A program made the translations under genes and the position numbers. From positions 135,792 through 199,791 of the forward strand of contig CAZUYC010000083.1 in the NCBI GenBank assembly GCA_964624475.1: a stretch of 64,000 bases of DNA. The letters are read 5' to 3'. This document shows positions 62,702-64,000 of the stretch, piece after piece; positions within the stretch are counted from its first letter, which is position 1, and every line of letters begins with the position of its first letter. The notes under the pieces were generated by a model, which saw nothing but the letters and a program-made list of their open reading frames with translations, made no database searches and was not told the origin of the DNA. The DNA comes from an uncultured Spirochaetales bacterium. GTDB taxonomy: Bacteria > Myxococcota_A > UBA9160 > SMWR01.

Positions 62702-64000
62702 ATGAGCGCGGCGGCACTCGCCCATCCCGGTCCCAGGCATCGCCGGCCGCGGCGCACGCTCTACCGCTACGTGACCCGCGAGGCCCTGCGGCCGACGGCG
62801 TTCGCGCTCTTCGGGCTCACGGCCGTGGTGCTCACGACCAAGGTGCTCGAGTTCTCGGAGCTGGTGATCAACCGGGGGGTCGAGGCGAGCTCCGTCGCCG
62901 CGATCCTCTTCTACGAGGCCGTTCCGGTGGCGGCCCGCATGCTGCCCTTCTCGGTGCTCGTGGGGGCCCTCTTCGCGCTCGGCCGCATGGGCGCGGACCG
63001 CGAGATCCTGGCGCTCGAGGCGTCGGGGATCGCGCCCGCGCGACTCACCTGGCCCGTGGTCTCGTTCGCCGGGGTGGCCGCGGCCGCCGCGCTCGCGATG
63101 GCGATCGTGGCCACGCCGTGGTCGAGCGCCAGCCTCGACGCCCAGCTCCTGGCGATCTCCCGCGAGAAGCCGTGGGCGAACCTGCGGCCCGGCGTCGTCC
63201 AGCGCTTCGGCGGCTGGCAGCTCGAGGCCCGCGAGGTCGCGCCGAGCGGCGACCGGCTGGGCGGGGTCATGCTCTGGACCCCCGAGATCGGGCAGACGAT
63301 CTTCGCCGAGGGCGGCCGCCTCAGCGCCGCCGAGGGCGACCTCGGGATCGCGCTCGACGCCGGCGCCGCGGTGCTCGCGCGCGATGGGGGCGCGCAGTTC
63401 CTGCGCTTCGACGTCCTCGAGACGAGGCTCCCGGGCGGCAAGATCCTCGAGCGCGACGAGCGCGATCGCATCCTCGGCCTCCCGCTCGGCGAGCTCGCGG
63501 CGCAGGCCCTGGCCTTCGCGCCGAGCGAAGGCAACCGCCTCTCGCCGGCCGCCCTCGAGCTCCAGCGCCGCTTCGCCTATCCGACCGCCACGCTCGTCTT
63601 CGGCTTCCTCGCCGTTCCGCTCTTCCTGACCCGCGCGCACGCGTCGCGCTCGGCGGGCGGGGTGATGGGCCTGCTGTGCACGCTCGCCTACTACGGCCTC
63701 GTGCAGCTCTCCGAGGGCCTGGTGCAGGGAGGAACGCTCGGGCCGGGGCTCGGCGCGTGGCTCCCGAACCTGATCCTCGCCGCGCTCGCGCTCGGGCTGC
63801 TCGGGCGCGCGCTGCGCGAGCGCGCGCTCGGTCATCCCTTCGACCGCCACCTGGCGCGCCGGCTGCGCCGGCGCGCCGCGGACCCCGAGGCGCGGGCCCG
63901 CGCAGCGGGCCGCGAGCCGCGCCTGCACCGCCACGCGCTCCCGCGCTACGTGGCGGGCCGCTTCGTCCAGCTCTCGGCGCTCACCTTCTCCGCGCTCTTC
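62702..64000 (+). CDS. LptF/LptG-family LPS export permease; apparent LptF-LptG fusion (3' end beyond window)
   Basis: My translation has no stop from ATG 62702 (RBS GAGGAG) to base 64000. It reads LYRYVTREALRPTAF...GRMGADREILALEASGI, and after about 375 aa a second family N-terminus begins, LPRYVAGRFVQLSALTF. Confidence 0.8.
   Translation, partial: MSAAALAHPGPRHRRPRRTLYRYVTREALRPTAFALFGLTAVVLTTKVLEFSELVINRGVEASSVAAILFYEAVPVAARMLPFSVLVGALFALGRMGADREILALEASGIAPARLTWPVVSFAGVAAAAALAMAIVATPWSSASLDAQLLAISREKPWANLRPGVVQRFGGWQLEAREVAPSGDRLGGVMLWTPEIGQTIFAEGGRLSAAEGDLGIALDAGAAVLARDGGAQFLRFDVLETRLPGGKILERDERDRILGLPLGELAAQALAFAPSEGNRLSPAALELQRRFAYPTATLVFGFLAVPLFLTRAHASRSAGGVMGLLCTLAYYGLVQLSEGLVQGGTLGPGLGAWLPNLILAALALGLLGRALRERALGHPFDRHLARRLRRRAADPEARARAAGREPRLHRHALPRYVAGRFVQLSALTFSALF

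Overview
Chromosomal window from a very high-GC bacterium (about 70% GC or more by eye). It is a diderm: kdsA, an LptF/LptG permease and a PEP-CTERM protein are present. A Myxococcota-like affiliation is only an inference from gene content. I support about 63 protein-coding genes and found no rRNA, tRNA or CRISPR array. Most genes are lipid and xenobiotic metabolism: two P450s, thiolases, acyl-CoA dehydrogenases, WS/DGAT, PlsB, a desaturase, UbiA prenyltransferases and sucA. From about 50.3 kb to the end the content is envelope and phospholipid genes. Main points: (1) a SelW/Rdx-family selenoprotein gene with an in-frame UGA and an fdhF-like SECIS hairpin, which the ORF track splits; (2) a tightly coupled operon of a CDP-alcohol phosphatidyltransferase, a secreted protein, a DAGK-like lipid kinase and a Tam41/Mmp37-like putative CDP-DAG synthase, which may be an uncharacterised bacterial phospholipid route; (3) a dispersed 41-nt REP-like repeat family with at least 11 copies, three of them in frame inside an M1 aminopeptidase gene, plus a remnant IS200/RayT-like transposase; (4) a 130-bp AT-rich long inverted repeat (MITE-like) between convergent genes; (5) several disrupted genes in the first 12.5 kb, including a gutted Mrr restriction gene in a lower-GC islet; (6) two genes whose only plausible start is CTG; (7) an apparent LptF-LptG fusion; (8) an SBP56-SCO pair resembling methanethiol oxidase loci; (9) a vapBC module. 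Many long Arg/Ala/Pro-rich ORFs in the track are alternative-frame artefacts of the high GC. Motif-level coordinates were counted by hand and may be off by 1-2 nt.
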